Below are positions 7,813 to 19,179 of a DNA stretch of 64,000 bases, one piece after another. The position numbers and the translations under genes are program-made. The notes under the pieces are model-generated. The model ran no database searches. It saw only the letters and a program-made list of their open reading frames with translations, and had not been told where the DNA came from. The stretch's first letter is position 1. Every line of letters starts with the position of its first letter. The stretch comes from Thermoplasmata archaeon (GTDB lineage: Archaea > Thermoplasmatota > Thermoplasmata > Lutacidiplasmatales > UBA184): NCBI GenBank assembly GCA_022750335.1, contig JAKIVX010000005.1, positions 16,119 through 80,118 of the forward strand, written 5' to 3'.

Positions 7813-9792
7813 ATGATGGAGATGGGCGGCGTCCTTCGTCCTGGAAGATCGCGATCGGGGGTCCTTGTGACGATCGCCGCGGTCGTGCTGACCATCGCTC
7901 TTGCCCTTTCCGCACCTGGTCCACTACGGGAGCCTGGGGCGGCCCTCGGACCGGGCGGCGGCCCGCTCGTCCCGACCGGATACCATCGCGTTCCACTCGA
8001 TTCGAATGGGGTTGTTGCTTCCCAATCTGCGATCCCCAACCCGTTGCCCACGGTCTACGGCAACGCGAGTTTCGAGCTACCGGCGTTCGCGGGCCTGGCG
8101 GGGTACGTCAATGTCACCGGCGCGGACAGTGCCGAGACGAACGGCGCCCAAGTCCCGATCGTGTCCTGGACGGCGGACGGGGTGTTCTACGTCAACCTCT
8201 CGAACGATCTCGTGTTCTACAACTTCGCGACCGACACGGTGACCGAGATCGCCGCGTGGACGCCGCTCTACGAGGACCTGATGGACTACAACGGTATGGC
8301 GAACACCGAGTACATCACCCAGGACGGCACCGAGATCTACTCGATCGGGTGCCCGACCAGCTGCCAGTCCGATCCCCAGCCGGACGTCGAGGTGGAGGTC
8401 GCCAACGTGTCCACGGGCCAGGTCTGGATCTACCCATTCGTGGGCCTCACGTTCTCGACCGTCGGGGGCCTGGGAAACACCGAGAAGAATGTCCAGCCGC
8501 TGCTCATCGGTCTCAACGGGAGCGACACCGAAGCGGTGATCGTCGACGAGGAAGGGGTGATGTATGGCGTTCCGGTCGGAAGCCCTGCCAGTACCCCGCC
8601 TCGGGAACTGACGAACCTCCTCTTCTTCGAGGCCAACAATCTGGACTGGATGCCGTCCCTCAACTCCTTCATCAACGAGGAAGCCGGGGGCAGTTTGTCG
8701 GACGAATGGCAACAACTGTTGTGGAATGGACAGACCGTCACAGACGCCATGACGGGTTCCTGGGGAGCCGGGATCAAGTCCGAGTTCGCGGATGCGGGGG
8801 GGTACAACCTGACGGCCGGGCAGTGGTCGCTGACAGCGGGAAACTGCTCCGGCCGGGACGTCATCACCGGATTCATCCCGATCGTCGGGGGAGTCGCGGG
8901 CGCGTTCGAGACGTCGGGGGTTCCCGACCGGGTCAACTCCTGCCCCTACGCTCCGCCCCACCCGCCCCTGGACCCGAACGGGACGTTAGGGGTGGAAGGG
9001 GGAGGGTCCGACCGGGTCCCCATCACGGCGGCCGGCCCGTTCGTGGCCGAAGCGTGGAACAACACCTCCGCGATCCTGAACCCGGTCACGGGGGAGTGGT
9101 CGTCCCTCGGCGCCGGGGCCAACCCCGGGATCTACGGGCCGTCCGCCACCTTCAGTACGGCCAACTTGTTCCATAACGGAAGTTACCTCGTGTCTCCCCG
9201 CTCGGGGTCCTGCGAGATCACCTGTTCCCTGAGGGGGGAAGCCGGCGCGACCAACCCGGGCACCGAATGGTGGTTGTGGAACATGGCGCTGCCTGAATTC
9301 CCCTATGCACCGACCAGCCCGCTGGACGAGGGGTCGCCGCCCCCGGCTCCGGTCCTGACCCTCACGTCCACCAACGACTCCTCTGTGACCGCTTCGTGGA
9401 CCGAGAGCACCTCGGGGGGGCCGCTTCTCAACTTCACGATGTGTTGGACCGCCAACACCACCCCAGCGGTTGATTCCTGTGCGCCGCTCATGCCCTGGGC
9501 CGATTCCTACGCAGTGACCGGCCTCACTCCCGGAACCGACGTCGCCTTCTCGGTGTTCGCGTTGAACTACCACTACTTCGGGCCGCCGGCCACGGGTGCC
9601 GTATCCGTCCGGGTGGACACTCCGGGCGCGACGTTTCTCGGCCAACCCGTGTGGGAGGGGTACGGGCTCGTGGCGGCTCTCGCCGCAGGTGGGGTGGCCG
9701 CGATATGGCTCACGATCCAACGTTGGAAGTCCGGCCACCATCCCCAGCGCAGCGCGGCTGGATCGGTTCTCCGCGGGTTCTGCGGATACTGA
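7813..9792 (+). CDS. Secreted/surface protein with C-terminal fibronectin type III domain and TM anchor
   Basis: N-terminal hydrophobic signal, acidic Gly/Thr/Asn-rich body, FN3-like (SVTASWT...YAVTGLTPGTDVAFSVFALN), C-terminal TM followed by basic residues. Start uncertain (7750/7813/7822). Confidence 0.7.
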   Translation: MMEMGGVLRPGRSRSGVLVTIAAVVLTIALALSAPGPLREPGAALGPGGGPLVPTGYHRVPLDSNGVVASQSAIPNPLPTVYGNASFELPAFAGLAGYVNVTGADSAETNGAQVPIVSWTADGVFYVNLSNDLVFYNFATDTVTEIAAWTPLYEDLMDYNGMANTEYITQDGTEIYSIGCPTSCQSDPQPDVEVEVANVSTGQVWIYPFVGLTFSTVGGLGNTEKNVQPLLIGLNGSDTEAVIVDEEGVMYGVPVGSPASTPPRELTNLLFFEANNLDWMPSLNSFINEEAGGSLSDEWQQLLWNGQTVTDAMTGSWGAGIKSEFADAGGYNLTAGQWSLTAGNCSGRDVITGFIPIVGGVAGAFETSGVPDRVNSCPYAPPHPPLDPNGTLGVEGGGSDRVPITAAGPFVAEAWNNTSAILNPVTGEWSSLGAGANPGIYGPSATFSTANLFHNGSYLVSPRSGSCEITCSLRGEAGATNPGTEWWLWNMALPEFPYAPTSPLDEGSPPPAPVLTLTSTNDSSVTASWTESTSGGPLLNFTMCWTANTTPAVDSCAPLMPWADSYAVTGLTPGTDVAFSVFALNYHYFGPPATGAVSVRVDTPGATFLGQPVWEGYGLVAALAAGGVAAIWLTIQRWKSGHHPQRSAAGSVLRGFCGY

Positions 9793-9943
9793 ACGAGCGG
9801 GCAGCTGCGGGCCACGACTTGGAGTCGGACCATATGGTCGCCGTTCCCCCCCGATAGGGGACTGGTCGGGTACGCGAAATCATTTGGGGGAGCAACTCGA
9901 AGAGTCGCGCAGGGGTCTATGGCGTAGAGGGGGAGCGAAGACT

Positions 9944-9960
9944 AAGCCGCGGGAGGGATT
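9944..9960 (+). repeat. 17-bp copy of the tRNA-Thr 3' end (att-like)
   Basis: AAGCCGCGGGAGGGATT is identical to 10749-10765. Confidence 0.85.
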
Positions 9961-10039
9961 CGTCGTTTAGTTCAAGGGCACTGGCGATCCCCGCGGCCCG
10001 AATTCAGTCCACCCGGAAGGAAAGTGTAGGGCTGCCCAT

Positions 10040-10411
10040 TCAGAGGTACCGGACCCCGGGGAGATGTTTCAGGTCCGCATCGCTGGTGAAGAGGTCCGCG
10101 TTGTGTCGCCGGGCCGTGGCGTAGATCACGGCGTCCGAGAAGTGAAGGCCGTGTTCCAGGCTGTAATCCGCTGCGGCCAGGGCGATCTCTTGATCCACCG
10201 GCACCACGAATGTGTGCCCGAGCGCCGCCACATCTTCCAGGGCGGTGTGTTCGCCTCGGAGGGCCTTCGCCTTCTTGTAGACCTCGTAGAGGGTGACCGT
10301 CGAGGTCACGATCTGACCCGGCAGAGTCCCGTCGATCACCCGGTTGTACTGACCCTGCTTCGGCCCCCCACCAAATCGCTCAATCCAGCCATAGCTGTCG
10401 ATCGAGATCAC
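10040..10411 (-). CDS. vapC: VapC PIN-domain toxin
   Basis: MISIDSYGWIE, TLYEV, LHFSDAVIYATA, LFTSDADL: acidic PIN active-site residues. Confidence 0.92.
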   Translation of the reverse strand: MISIDSYGWIERFGGGPKQGQYNRVIDGTLPGQIVTSTVTLYEVYKKAKALRGEHTALEDVAALGHTFVVPVDQEIALAAADYSLEHGLHFSDAVIYATARRHNADLFTSDADLKHLPGVRYL

Positions 10412-10426
10412 CGTTTCTCACGGCTC

Positions 10427-10645
10427 CTAGAAACGATCGTGTTTGTCGCGTAGGCCCTTGGTTTCCAAACCGGGCGTCATTCCCTTGGTCTGTTCGAAGG
10501 GGCGTATCGGGACGTAGTGCAGAATACCATGCTTCACGATGACGGCCATCTTGTCCCCGGCCCGGATGTGGAATTCCTCGCGAACTCGCTCGGGAATCAC
10601 CACTTGGTACTTCTGCGAAACCGTCACAGTATCCATCAATACCAT
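10427..10645 (-). CDS. AbrB/MazE-type antitoxin (VapB)
   Basis: VTVSQKYQVVIPERVREEFHIRAGD swapped-hairpin motif, directly upstream of vapC. Confidence 0.9.
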   Translation of the reverse strand: MVLMDTVTVSQKYQVVIPERVREEFHIRAGDKMAVIVKHGILHYVPIRPFEQTKGMTPGLETKGLRDKHDRF

Positions 10646-10749
10646 CTCAGGTAGACGATAGGGTGATCGATATATCTACCTTACCACGCCCCTTGTATCG
10701 ATAGGGCTGCCCAGCGACCATTGCCCCCGCCAATCCGAGGGCGCCCCGA

Positions 10750-10822
10750 AGCCGCGGGAGGGATTTGAACCCTCGACCTGCTCCTTACCAAGGAGCCGCT
10801 CTGCCAGCTGAGCCACCGCGGC
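10750..10822 (-). tRNA. tRNA-Thr(GGT)
   Basis: Reverse complement GCCGCGG TG GCTC AGCTGGCA GAGC G GCTCC TT GGT AA GGAGC AGGTC GAGGG TTCAAAT CCCTC CCGCGGC T; complete cloverleaf. Confidence 0.96.
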
Positions 10823-10823
10823 G

Positions 10824-11726
10824 TCAGTCTCGACCCGACGCCTCGTCCCTTTTCCGCTTTCCGCCCGCCTCGATCCCACCCGTGGGCCCGTCCCCCCGTG
10901 CCCAGGGGAACCCTGCGGAGTGTTCGGACCACCCCGTGCGATCGTGCGATGGGGCGACTCTCTTCTCGAGAAAGGCCTTCATCCCCTCCCTTTGATCCGA
11001 CGTTCCGAACAACCGAGCCCAGAGTTCAAGCTCGTACGCCAGGTCCTCGTCGAGGTGGGAATCGACGGCGCGGAGGACCTCGTACTTTGCGGCGGCCAGC
11101 GCCAGCGGAGGCTTGGTCGCGAGTTCGGTCGCAAGGGCATGTGCGGCCGTCAAGAGTTCTTCCCGTGGAACCACCTGGTCGATCCATCCCTGCGAGCAGG
11201 CCTCCTCGGCGAGGACCGAACGGCCGGTGTAGATCCATCGTCGAGCGCGGGCGGCACCGATTCGTCGGGGCAGGCGTTGGGAGCCGCCCCAGCCGGGCGT
11301 GACGCCAAGGTTGATCTCCGGCTGTCCGAACTGGGCGTCCGGCGTCGCGATCACAAAGTCGCAGGAGAGGGCGATCTCGCAACCTCCCCCCAGACACACT
11401 CCGTGGACCGCGGCGATGACCGGCAGCGGAAGCCGTTCGATGCGTCGGGTGACGGCCTGTCCTCTCGCTCCGTGGACCTGGGCTTCCTCCGGACCCATCG
11501 GAGCCATCTCCCGGATGTCCGCCCCCGCGGCGAAGGCCTTCGCGGCCGCACTGGCCAGGATCACCACGCGAACGGCGGGGTCGGCTTCGGCCTCGTCCAA
11601 TCGGACCAGGAGCGCTTCCAGGACGGCTCGCGAGAGCACGTTGACAGGCGGGTGGTCCAGCGTGAGGACGAGCGTCGGTCCCGAGCGCTCGGACCGAACG
11701 AGGGAAGGAGCGGAACCCGCGGACAT
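10824..11726 (-). CDS. Enoyl-CoA hydratase/isomerase (crotonase) family
   Basis: AFAAGADI, GGGCEIALSCD, FGQPEINLG (both catalytic Glu), DQREGMKAFLEKR. Confidence 0.92.
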   Translation of the reverse strand: MSAGSAPSLVRSERSGPTLVLTLDHPPVNVLSRAVLEALLVRLDEAEADPAVRVVILASAAAKAFAAGADIREMAPMGPEEAQVHGARGQAVTRRIERLPLPVIAAVHGVCLGGGCEIALSCDFVIATPDAQFGQPEINLGVTPGWGGSQRLPRRIGAARARRWIYTGRSVLAEEACSQGWIDQVVPREELLTAAHALATELATKPPLALAAAKYEVLRAVDSHLDEDLAYELELWARLFGTSDQREGMKAFLEKRVAPSHDRTGWSEHSAGFPWARGDGPTGGIEAGGKRKRDEASGRD

Positions 11727-11844
11727 GACGACGGTCGAGCCGAGCCGGTCTATTTATGCGCGACGGCCTGACGACGTACGTGGCGGCTGCCTCTCGCTAC
11801 GGTCATCGAGTCGAGGGACCGGATTCCCCGGCAGGAGGGTGAGG

Positions 11845-12891
11845 ATGACGATCGCCTTCGTCAGTACCTGGTTCGGCGCCTTCCTGGTGGAGGACGGTCG
11901 AGTCCTCCAGGCCGTACCGTCCCCACTCGACCCGGCGTCCCTCTCCGAGCGGTCCGCCCGTCGACGTACAGGCGGATTGACCCCGGAGGAAGAGGAGCTG
12001 CTGAGGACCCGTGGATCGGCGGACTGGGTCACCCGGGACCGCCGTCTGGCCGAGCAGGGACTCCGATTTGACCCCCACTCGGACGCGGCGATCGATGCGA
12101 CCGCCTCCGGGGTCGACCCGACGCTCCAGCGAACCCAGTTGTTGACCGAAGCGGAACGCGCCCTGGAGGTCCAATGGGACCCAAGCATTCACGTCCAGGA
12201 GGCCGTGCGCGCGGCCGCCGACCTGGATCGCGTCCGGAACCTGATCGGAGAGCGTCTTGGGACCTGGGTCTCCCGAGACCGCCCCGACATCGACCCGGGC
12301 GACCACGATCGGGCCGCTCGGGAAGCGATGGCTCCCGAGACCCCCTCGACCCTCTCTCCTCGGGACCCCTCGCTGACGGAGGCGCGGCGAAAACTCGCCG
12401 AACTCTTCCGGGCGGTGGAAGGGGCCCGGCATTCCCTCACCAAGGCGATCGAGGCCACGGCACCGGTTCGCGCTCCGAACGTGTCGGCGCTGCTGGGCCC
12501 CGAGCTGTCGGCTCGAATGATCGCCCAGGCGGGCGGCCTCGAGCGGCTCGCCCGACTCCCCTCGAGCACCGTGCAGGTCCTGGGAGCCGAGCGGGCGTTC
12601 TTCGAACACCTGCGGGGTCATGCCCCACCCCCTCGGCACGGCCTGCTGTTCCTCCATCCGGCGATCCAGTCCGCTCCGAAGTTCGAGAGGGGAAAACTCG
12701 CCCGGGCGTTGGCCGGCAAGGTGTCGATCGCGGCCCGGCTGGACGTGGCGGGCGCCCCGATCCACCCTGAGCTCGCTCAGGCGTTCGACGCGCGCCGCAG
12801 CGTCCTCAAGGCGCGTCGAGGCGTCCCGCGCCGGCCGCCGCGGCCCCGTCCGTCAGGGCTTCCACTTAACCGTGCAGCCCGCGACCGTTAG
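11845..12891 (+). CDS. nop5: Nop5/Nop56 C/D box sRNP subunit
   Basis: APNVSALLGPELSARMIAQAGGLERLARLPSSTVQVLGAERAFF, PPRHGLLF, GKLARALAGKVSIAARLD (Nop domain); SD-like GGAGGGTGA. The ORF-track extension from 11299 is spurious. Confidence 0.88.
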   Translation: MTIAFVSTWFGAFLVEDGRVLQAVPSPLDPASLSERSARRRTGGLTPEEEELLRTRGSADWVTRDRRLAEQGLRFDPHSDAAIDATASGVDPTLQRTQLLTEAERALEVQWDPSIHVQEAVRAAADLDRVRNLIGERLGTWVSRDRPDIDPGDHDRAAREAMAPETPSTLSPRDPSLTEARRKLAELFRAVEGARHSLTKAIEATAPVRAPNVSALLGPELSARMIAQAGGLERLARLPSSTVQVLGAERAFFEHLRGHAPPPRHGLLFLHPAIQSAPKFERGKLARALAGKVSIAARLDVAGAPIHPELAQAFDARRSVLKARRGVPRRPPRPRPSGLPLNRAARDR

Positions 12892-13404
12892 CTGGGCGGG
12901 TACGACCGGGGTGTGGGCCAGCGCCTGGTCGAGCGCGCGTTCGAGGTACTTCTCGTTCGCGTGCTCGGGGTGCTGGTGGTCGTTGTCGATCCGCCCCTGG
13001 AAGAGCAGGGTCCGGTCGGGGCCGAAGAGCATCGGATGCGGGGTCACGAGGGCCCCGTACGCGTGAGCGGTCGCCTGGGACTCGTCCGCGAGGTAGGGGA
13101 ACGGGTAGCCCTTGTCGTGCGCGCGCCGGACCATTGCGTCCATCCGATCCTCCGGGTAGGCCCGGGCGTCGTTGGAGTTGATGAGGACGACCCCGACGCC
13201 CTTGGGGGCATACCGCCGGCCGATATCGACCATGCGACTTTCCCACGCTTGGACGTACGGACAGTGGTTGCACCAGAACACGACGGCCAAGTACGGGAAT
13301 TTCTCAAAGTCGGCGAGCCGGTAGGTCTTCCCGTCGACCCCCGGGAGTTGAAAATCCGGTGCGGGGTCGCCCGGACGAAGCTTGTACTCGCTCAATTCAG
13401 CCAT
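12853..13404 (-). CDS. Thioredoxin-fold AhpC/TSA-like redoxin
   Basis: APDFQLPGVDG, WCNHCPYV, INSND, YPFPYLADESQ, GRID, GCTVKW. Confidence 0.88.
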   Translation of the reverse strand: MAELSEYKLRPGDPAPDFQLPGVDGKTYRLADFEKFPYLAVVFWCNHCPYVQAWESRMVDIGRRYAPKGVGVVLINSNDARAYPEDRMDAMVRRAHDKGYPFPYLADESQATAHAYGALVTPHPMLFGPDRTLLFQGRIDNDHQHPEHANEKYLERALDQALAHTPVVPAQLTVAGCTVKWKP

Positions 13405-13478
13405 GACCGTCCGACGGTCAGGGGGTCTTTACTGTTTAGAGGCCATGGAAGCTGGCCGCTGGCCGAGGCACCGGGGAA

Positions 13479-14147
13479 TTGACTTCGTGGTCCGTGCGCG
13501 TGGACGCTCCGGCCTCGTTCGCAGAGGTACTGCGGACCGAGGAGGTTCTCCTGCGCCGCGGTGCGCCGGCTATTCACGTCGCCGTGATGGAGGGGACCAC
13601 CGTCTCCTACGGGGTGGGGGTCCCCGAGTCGGCGCCCTACCTCTCCTCGGCGCACCGCCACGGGATTCCTGCAACGCGGCGGAGTTCCGGGGGCACGGGG
13701 GTGCTCCACCTCCCGGGCGACCTCGTCTGGGCCGTCATCCTCCCGAGGTCCGACCCCCGCGTTGGCCGGGATTTCACACGAGCGTACGCGCGCTTGGGCG
13801 CCGGCCTTGTGACCGCGCTCGCCTACCATGGGGTGGAGGCCACCTGGGAGCCGGCCCCTGGCCTTTCGGATGAATATTGCCCGCTCGGATCGCGGGGCGA
13901 GGTGTTGGCGGTGGGGGGTCGCGTGGTGGGTGCGGCGGCCCAGCACCTGTCGGGAACGGCGCTTCTTCATCAGGGGACCCTCTCGCTCGACGTCGACCGC
14001 GACCTCGTGCGCGACTTGTTCGGGTTTCCGGACGACTCCCTGGCCCATCACCTCGCGAGCGTGGCGGAGTTCGGAGTTCGGGCGCACCCGAAGGCACTGG
14101 CTGAGGGCGTGTCCGAGGCCTTGGTCGCTGCCCTCGGGCCGCCCTGA
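13479..14147 (+). CDS. Lipoate-protein ligase A family (catalytic domain only)
   Basis: RRSSGGTGVLH, GRVVGAAAQ, LLHQGTL motifs. Confidence 0.8.
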   Translation: MTSWSVRVDAPASFAEVLRTEEVLLRRGAPAIHVAVMEGTTVSYGVGVPESAPYLSSAHRHGIPATRRSSGGTGVLHLPGDLVWAVILPRSDPRVGRDFTRAYARLGAGLVTALAYHGVEATWEPAPGLSDEYCPLGSRGEVLAVGGRVVGAAAQHLSGTALLHQGTLSLDVDRDLVRDLFGFPDDSLAHHLASVAEFGVRAHPKALAEGVSEALVAALGPP

Positions 14148-14157
14148 CCGGAACGTT

Positions 14158-15471
14158 TTAGCGCGGTCGCTCGGCCCAGAGGCGGTCGGCGACGGCTTCG
14201 AGGTCCCGACGGATCGTCTCCCAATCCCCCCGGACCAGTCGGCGGTGCTCCACCACGCACTCGCCGTCGACGTAGACGGAGTCGATCGCCTCGTCGGCCG
14301 CCGAGTAGGCGAGGTGGGAAACGATCGCCTCGGGCCGGGCGGGCTGCAGCGTCGGATGGTCGAGCCGAACGAGTGAGAAATCGGCCCGTTTTCCGACCTC
14401 GACCGACCCGAGGCTTGCCTCCTGACCCATCGCCCGGGCGCCCTCCAGGGTCGCGAGGTCGAGGAGCTCCTGGGCGGGGAGGGCACCGGCGTCCCAGCGG
14501 TGGTTCTTCTGGACGAGCCCTGCGATGTGGATCTCCCGGAGCATGGAGAGGGAGTTGTTCGACGCGACCGAGTCGGTCCCGAGACCGACCGGGACGCCCG
14601 CCGCCCGGAGCTCGACGACCGGCGCGACGCCCCCGGAGGCCAGCTTGAGGTTCGAGCTCATGCAGTGGGCGACCCCGACCCCCGCGCGAGCGAGTCGCGC
14701 GATCTCGCCCCCGGTCAGCCAGACGGCGTGGGCCGCGACCTGGTGGGGGCCCAGGAATCCGATCTCGTCCAGCCAGTCGGCCGGTCGCCGGCCGGTCTTG
14801 GTTTCGTGCTCCGCGACCTCCTTGCGGGTCTCGGACAGGTGGTAGTGCACGAGCGTGCTCTCCCGTCGGGCGAGGTCGCGGGACCCGAGCCAGGTCTCGG
14901 CGTTGCACACATAGACTCCTTGGGGCGCCACGAGCGGAGTGACCCGTTCGTGCCCCTTCCAACGGCCGATGAAGGCGGCAGCGTTGTCGAGCGGGCGGCC
15001 CTTCTGCGTCGTCATCTCGGGGTCGAGGACCGCCCAGCCGAGGAACCCCCGGGCGCCGAGCTGGTCGACCGCGCGCGCGACGGCGTCCTGGAAGTAGTAG
15101 AGGTCGAGGAAGGAGGTGGTCCCTCCGAGCAGCATCTCCGCGATCCCGGCGCGCGCCCCCACTTCTACGTCCGCCTCGGTCCGGTGGGCGTCGACCGCGA
15201 AGAGGGTCTCGAGGAACGCCGCGAGGTCCCGATCGTCGGCGATCGCACGGAGCGGATGCATGGCGACATGCGTGTGCAGGTTCACGAACCCCGGAACGAG
15301 CGCGAACCCATGCGCGTCCACGACCTCCGCCCCCTCCGTCGGGGCGTGGGTTCCGACGTGCGTGAAGCGACCGAGCTCGACTCGGATGTCCATCCGACCC
15401 ACGGACCGGGCGGGATCCTGGCTCACGACGAGGGCGTCCCGGAACACGCGGGGAGGCGCGGGGTCGCTCAC
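14158..15471 (-). CDS. Amidohydrolase, 5'-methylthioadenosine/S-adenosylhomocysteine deaminase-like
   Basis: PGFVNLHTH, GGTTSFLD, HYHLSET, AAHAVW, SNLKLASG, GLGTDSVASNN; the GTG start overlaps the upstream stop (GTGA). Confidence 0.85.
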   Translation of the reverse strand: MSDPAPPRVFRDALVVSQDPARSVGRMDIRVELGRFTHVGTHAPTEGAEVVDAHGFALVPGFVNLHTHVAMHPLRAIADDRDLAAFLETLFAVDAHRTEADVEVGARAGIAEMLLGGTTSFLDLYYFQDAVARAVDQLGARGFLGWAVLDPEMTTQKGRPLDNAAAFIGRWKGHERVTPLVAPQGVYVCNAETWLGSRDLARRESTLVHYHLSETRKEVAEHETKTGRRPADWLDEIGFLGPHQVAAHAVWLTGGEIARLARAGVGVAHCMSSNLKLASGGVAPVVELRAAGVPVGLGTDSVASNNSLSMLREIHIAGLVQKNHRWDAGALPAQELLDLATLEGARAMGQEASLGSVEVGKRADFSLVRLDHPTLQPARPEAIVSHLAYSAADEAIDSVYVDGECVVEHRRLVRGDWETIRRDLEAVADRLWAERPR

Positions 15472-16466
15472 GAAGATCCCCGCGTCCGGGGTTGCGTGGT
15501 CCCGTCGCCCGCGAGGGGCTGATCGGCCTGCGAGGGAGCGACCTCCGGGAGGTCGCCGATCCCCTCTCGGGTCCGGGCCTCGATGGAACCGAGTCCGCGC
15601 AGCATCCCGCGTACCCACGGGCGGCTGAAGACGAGGACGAGGGGAAGGGTCGCGAGCAGGATGAGGATGACGTCGACCCAAAGGCCCGGCACCCAACCGG
15701 CGGAGGGCATGCCGAGGATCGTGGCGGCGGTGTTGGGGATGAGGACGACCACGCTCACCAGGGCGAGGACGAGCGCGACGTAGGCGATCCCGAGCATCCG
15801 GATGTTCGAGGTGTTCGCGACCGCGGCGATCTGGTTCGAGACCACTCCGAGGCGGTTCGTCGCTTCCGACAGCCGGTTCGACTCGGCGGCGTTCCGGAGA
15901 GCGAGTAGGTCCCGGATCGTCTGACCGATTCCCCCCGAGTACTCCTCGAGGTGGGCGAGTTCCGCCTGGATGCGGGGGAGCGCCTTCTCGAGGCCGGGGA
16001 ACCGTTCCCCGAGCGGGCCGTCCAATTCCTGGACCGCGACCGAGAACCGTCCGAGCGATTTCCGGAGGTCGCGGTAGGTCCAGTGGAGCCGACCGATTTC
16101 CGCGAGCGAGATCGACTCCCAGCGGTCCTCCACTCCGTCCACCAATTCCGCGATGGCCTCGAGCCGTTCGATGTACGACCGCGCGGCGGCCTGGAGCAGG
16201 TTCACGAGGTTGGCCGTCGGGTCGCGGAGGTGGAGTCCCTCCGTGAGCAGGCTGGCGGGAGCGGGCGGTCCAAGGCGGCGGATCCCATCGCTCGATACCC
16301 AGAGACCGAGAGGAGTCGCGACCCCGCCGGCGTCGAGCGTGGTCACGAGGAGGACGGTCCCGCCGGCCCCGCGCAGGACCGGTCGGAGCGGTAGGGTCGG
16401 GCCGGTGTGGCCCACGGCCCGGAGCGCGTCGGAGATCGCCGCCGTAGTGTCGGGGGGGTCTGACAC
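15468..16466 (-). CDS. Divergent CorA/ZntB-like divalent cation channel
   Basis: Helical stalk (YIERLEAIAELVDGVEDRW, NRLSEATNRL) and two C-terminal TMs with ATILGMP at the GMN position. Confidence 0.6.
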   Translation of the reverse strand: MSDPPDTTAAISDALRAVGHTGPTLPLRPVLRGAGGTVLLVTTLDAGGVATPLGLWVSSDGIRRLGPPAPASLLTEGLHLRDPTANLVNLLQAAARSYIERLEAIAELVDGVEDRWESISLAEIGRLHWTYRDLRKSLGRFSVAVQELDGPLGERFPGLEKALPRIQAELAHLEEYSGGIGQTIRDLLALRNAAESNRLSEATNRLGVVSNQIAAVANTSNIRMLGIAYVALVLALVSVVVLIPNTAATILGMPSAGWVPGLWVDVILILLATLPLVLVFSRPWVRGMLRGLGSIEARTREGIGDLPEVAPSQADQPLAGDGTTQPRTRGSS

Positions 16467-16476
16467 TCTCGCCCGC

Positions 16477-18402
<1,926 letters not shown>

Positions 18403-18624
18403 TCAGTGAAAACCGACGTATTGAGACGAGCCGGGCATGTGTTATAACGCTTGGGCCGGGTTGGAAAAAGAGGCCTCTGAAAGGGCCCAAATTGAAGGTC
18501 CGGAAAGCGCTCGGTGCGCTAGGCAATCCGGACCAAATCGGAGTTGGGCCGCGCCCGTGCGACGGGTCGGAGGCGGGCGCAACAAGCCCTAATAACACGG
18601 CCCTTCTGCGCGCCAGTGGTGCTC

Positions 18625-19179
18625 ATGCCCGACGAGCCGAACGCAGTCCCGCCCCTCGAGCCGGAGGCTCCCACGACGGGAGAGGCGAGCCCACCCCCGG
18701 CGGGCGCCACCGAGGACTGGGCGACTCGGTACAAGTATCTCTTCGCCGACTTTGAAAACTTCCGCCGGCGCACCGAGCGAGGTCGCGAAGCGATCACCCG
18801 TCAGGCGAGGGCCGGCCTCATCCGGGAGTTGTTGCCCATCTTCGAGGCGTTCCGATTCGCTCGCGGGGCCGTCGTGAACCTTCCCCCGAATGACCCGATC
18901 CGCCACGGTCTCGAACTGTTGGACCGCGAATGGAACACGTTCCTGAAGCACGAAGGGGTCGAGCCGATCGCCTCCGTGGGTCAGGCGTTCCGGGCGGAGG
19001 AGGAGGAAGCGGTCGGAGAGACCCCTCCGACGGCGGAGGTCCCCGAGGGTGCGGTCGCGGAGATCGTCCAGCAAGGGTATCGATTCTTTGGAGGAGTTCT
19101 CCGGCCGGCCAAGGTGGTCGTCGCCCGCGCGCCGACGGAGAGCGCGGCCGACGTCGCTCGCCCCGAGGAGGCCCCGTGA
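18625..19179 (+). CDS. grpE: Nucleotide exchange factor GrpE
   Basis: YLFADFENFRRR, RELLP, QQGY...VLRPAKVVV. Confidence 0.93.
   Translation: MPDEPNAVPPLEPEAPTTGEASPPPAGATEDWATRYKYLFADFENFRRRTERGREAITRQARAGLIRELLPIFEAFRFARGAVVNLPPNDPIRHGLELLDREWNTFLKHEGVEPIASVGQAFRAEEEEAVGETPPTAEVPEGAVAEIVQQGYRFFGGVLRPAKVVVARAPTESAADVARPEEAP

Larger units (their letters stand above)
9944..10765. mobile_element. Mini integrated element or remnant carrying only vapBC at tRNA-Thr
   Basis: Flanked by 17-bp direct repeats, one overlapping the tRNA 3' end; no recombinase inside. Confidence 0.6.

Noticed and set aside
11766..11818. Possible K-turn/C-D box-like element in the nop5 leader (CTGACGA...TCGA around a hairpin)
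   Set aside because: The boxes deviate from RUGAUGA/CUGA, and the nearby TATA is positioned for the divergent enoyl-CoA hydratase gene; not supportable by eye.
11299..11844. Apparent 182-aa N-terminal extension of Nop5 (likewise extensions on pdxT, mvaA, the deaminase and the double SRPBCC)
   Set aside because: Overlaps real genes on the opposite strand or another frame; better starts with SD or stop-start coupling exist downstream.
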